A stretch of DNA of 45,094 nt from Candidatus Avibacteroides avistercoris (lineage in GTDB: Bacteria; Bacteroidota; Bacteroidia; Bacteroidales; Bacteroidaceae), in NCBI GenBank assembly GCA_020012075.1, contig DWUP01000026.1, forward strand, positions 1 through 45,094, read 5' to 3'. Of this stretch, positions 44,810-45,094 are shown in pieces. The notes beneath the pieces were generated by a model that worked only from the letters and a program-made list of their open reading frames with translations, did not search any database and had not been told where the DNA came from. The stretch's first letter is position 1; the number at the start of each line of letters is the position of its first letter. Made by a program: the position numbers and the translations under genes.

Positions 44810-44848
44810 TCAGCCCTTGCGGATATCCGCAAGGGCTGAATTGTTTTT
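44810..44848. terminator. bidirectional intrinsic terminator
   Basis: TCAGCCCTTGCGG-atat-CCGCAAGGGCTGA (44810-44839) followed by a T5 run at 44844-44848. It lies between the convergent GGGtGRT and OM barrel genes. Confidence 0.85.
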
Positions 44849-44866
44849 ATACTATTATTATATGTC

Positions 44867-45094
44867 TCAGAAGTGGACACCGAACTTAAAGGTGACGCCT
44901 CCTATTATCCTCCTAGAAGACATAGAATAAAATCCGTAGTAACCGTAATAGTAACTATCAACTACAGCCGACTGCAAGTTGTATCCCAACGAAAAGTTAA
45001 AGCCCAACCTACTGTCCAAAGCGAAGTCCACACCTAATGTCGGATTGAAATAAAAGCCCGTAATATCAAAGACCGAATAACCTATCTTCGCCCC
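44867..45094 (-). CDS. small outer-membrane beta-barrel protein, C-terminal fragment (runs off the window)
   Basis: Open minus-strand frame to the window edge, ending ...YYGYYGFYSMSSRRIIGGVTFKFGVHF-stop (TGA at 44869-44867). Same architecture and terminal Phe as the gene at 67-741. Confidence 0.6.
   Translation of the reverse strand, partial: GAKIGYSVFDITGFYFNPTLGVDFALDSRLGFNFSLGYNLQSAVVDSYYYGYYGFYSMSSRRIIGGVTFKFGVHF

Overview
This is a 45.1-kb chromosomal segment with Bacteroidales hallmarks. These include BamD/TamB/LptFG outer-membrane biogenesis genes, a ~110-aa Bacteroidetes-type RpoZ, DUF4293/DUF4494/DUF3276 proteins, a 258-aa AMP nucleosidase and a class-3 FBPase. TAnnTTTG -7 boxes sit 16-40 nt upstream of most first-in-operon starts, and Shine-Dalgarno sequences are almost absent. 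GC content is heterogeneous (about 40-60% per gene), which would fit a Muribaculaceae-like genome, but I cannot verify the taxon. I call 38 CDS (37 complete, 1 partial at the right edge) and two tandem tRNA-Arg(ACG). Most genes are on the minus strand in tightly packed, often overlapping strings. The content is almost entirely core housekeeping: I see no integrase, transposase, CRISPR array or recognisable defence, toxin or secretion island, and no convincing novel multi-gene system. The most unusual signal is at the DNA level. A ~100-bp intergenic element occurs three times in the same orientation (13102-13198, 18362-18457, 26561-26659). Each copy has four palindromic CGWCG-centred cores spaced exactly 21 bp apart and is bounded by inverted termini; I do not recognise it as a described repeat. 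Secondary points are: a conserved but functionally uncharacterised NifU-like + GGGtGRT gene pair with a strong SD; a TamB gene whose membrane anchor lies upstream of any canonical start codon; three 22-bp tandem repeats upstream of lon; an unexplained 686-nt noncoding gap with a very stable GC hairpin; and a Rieske-like lipoprotein lacking the His ligands.
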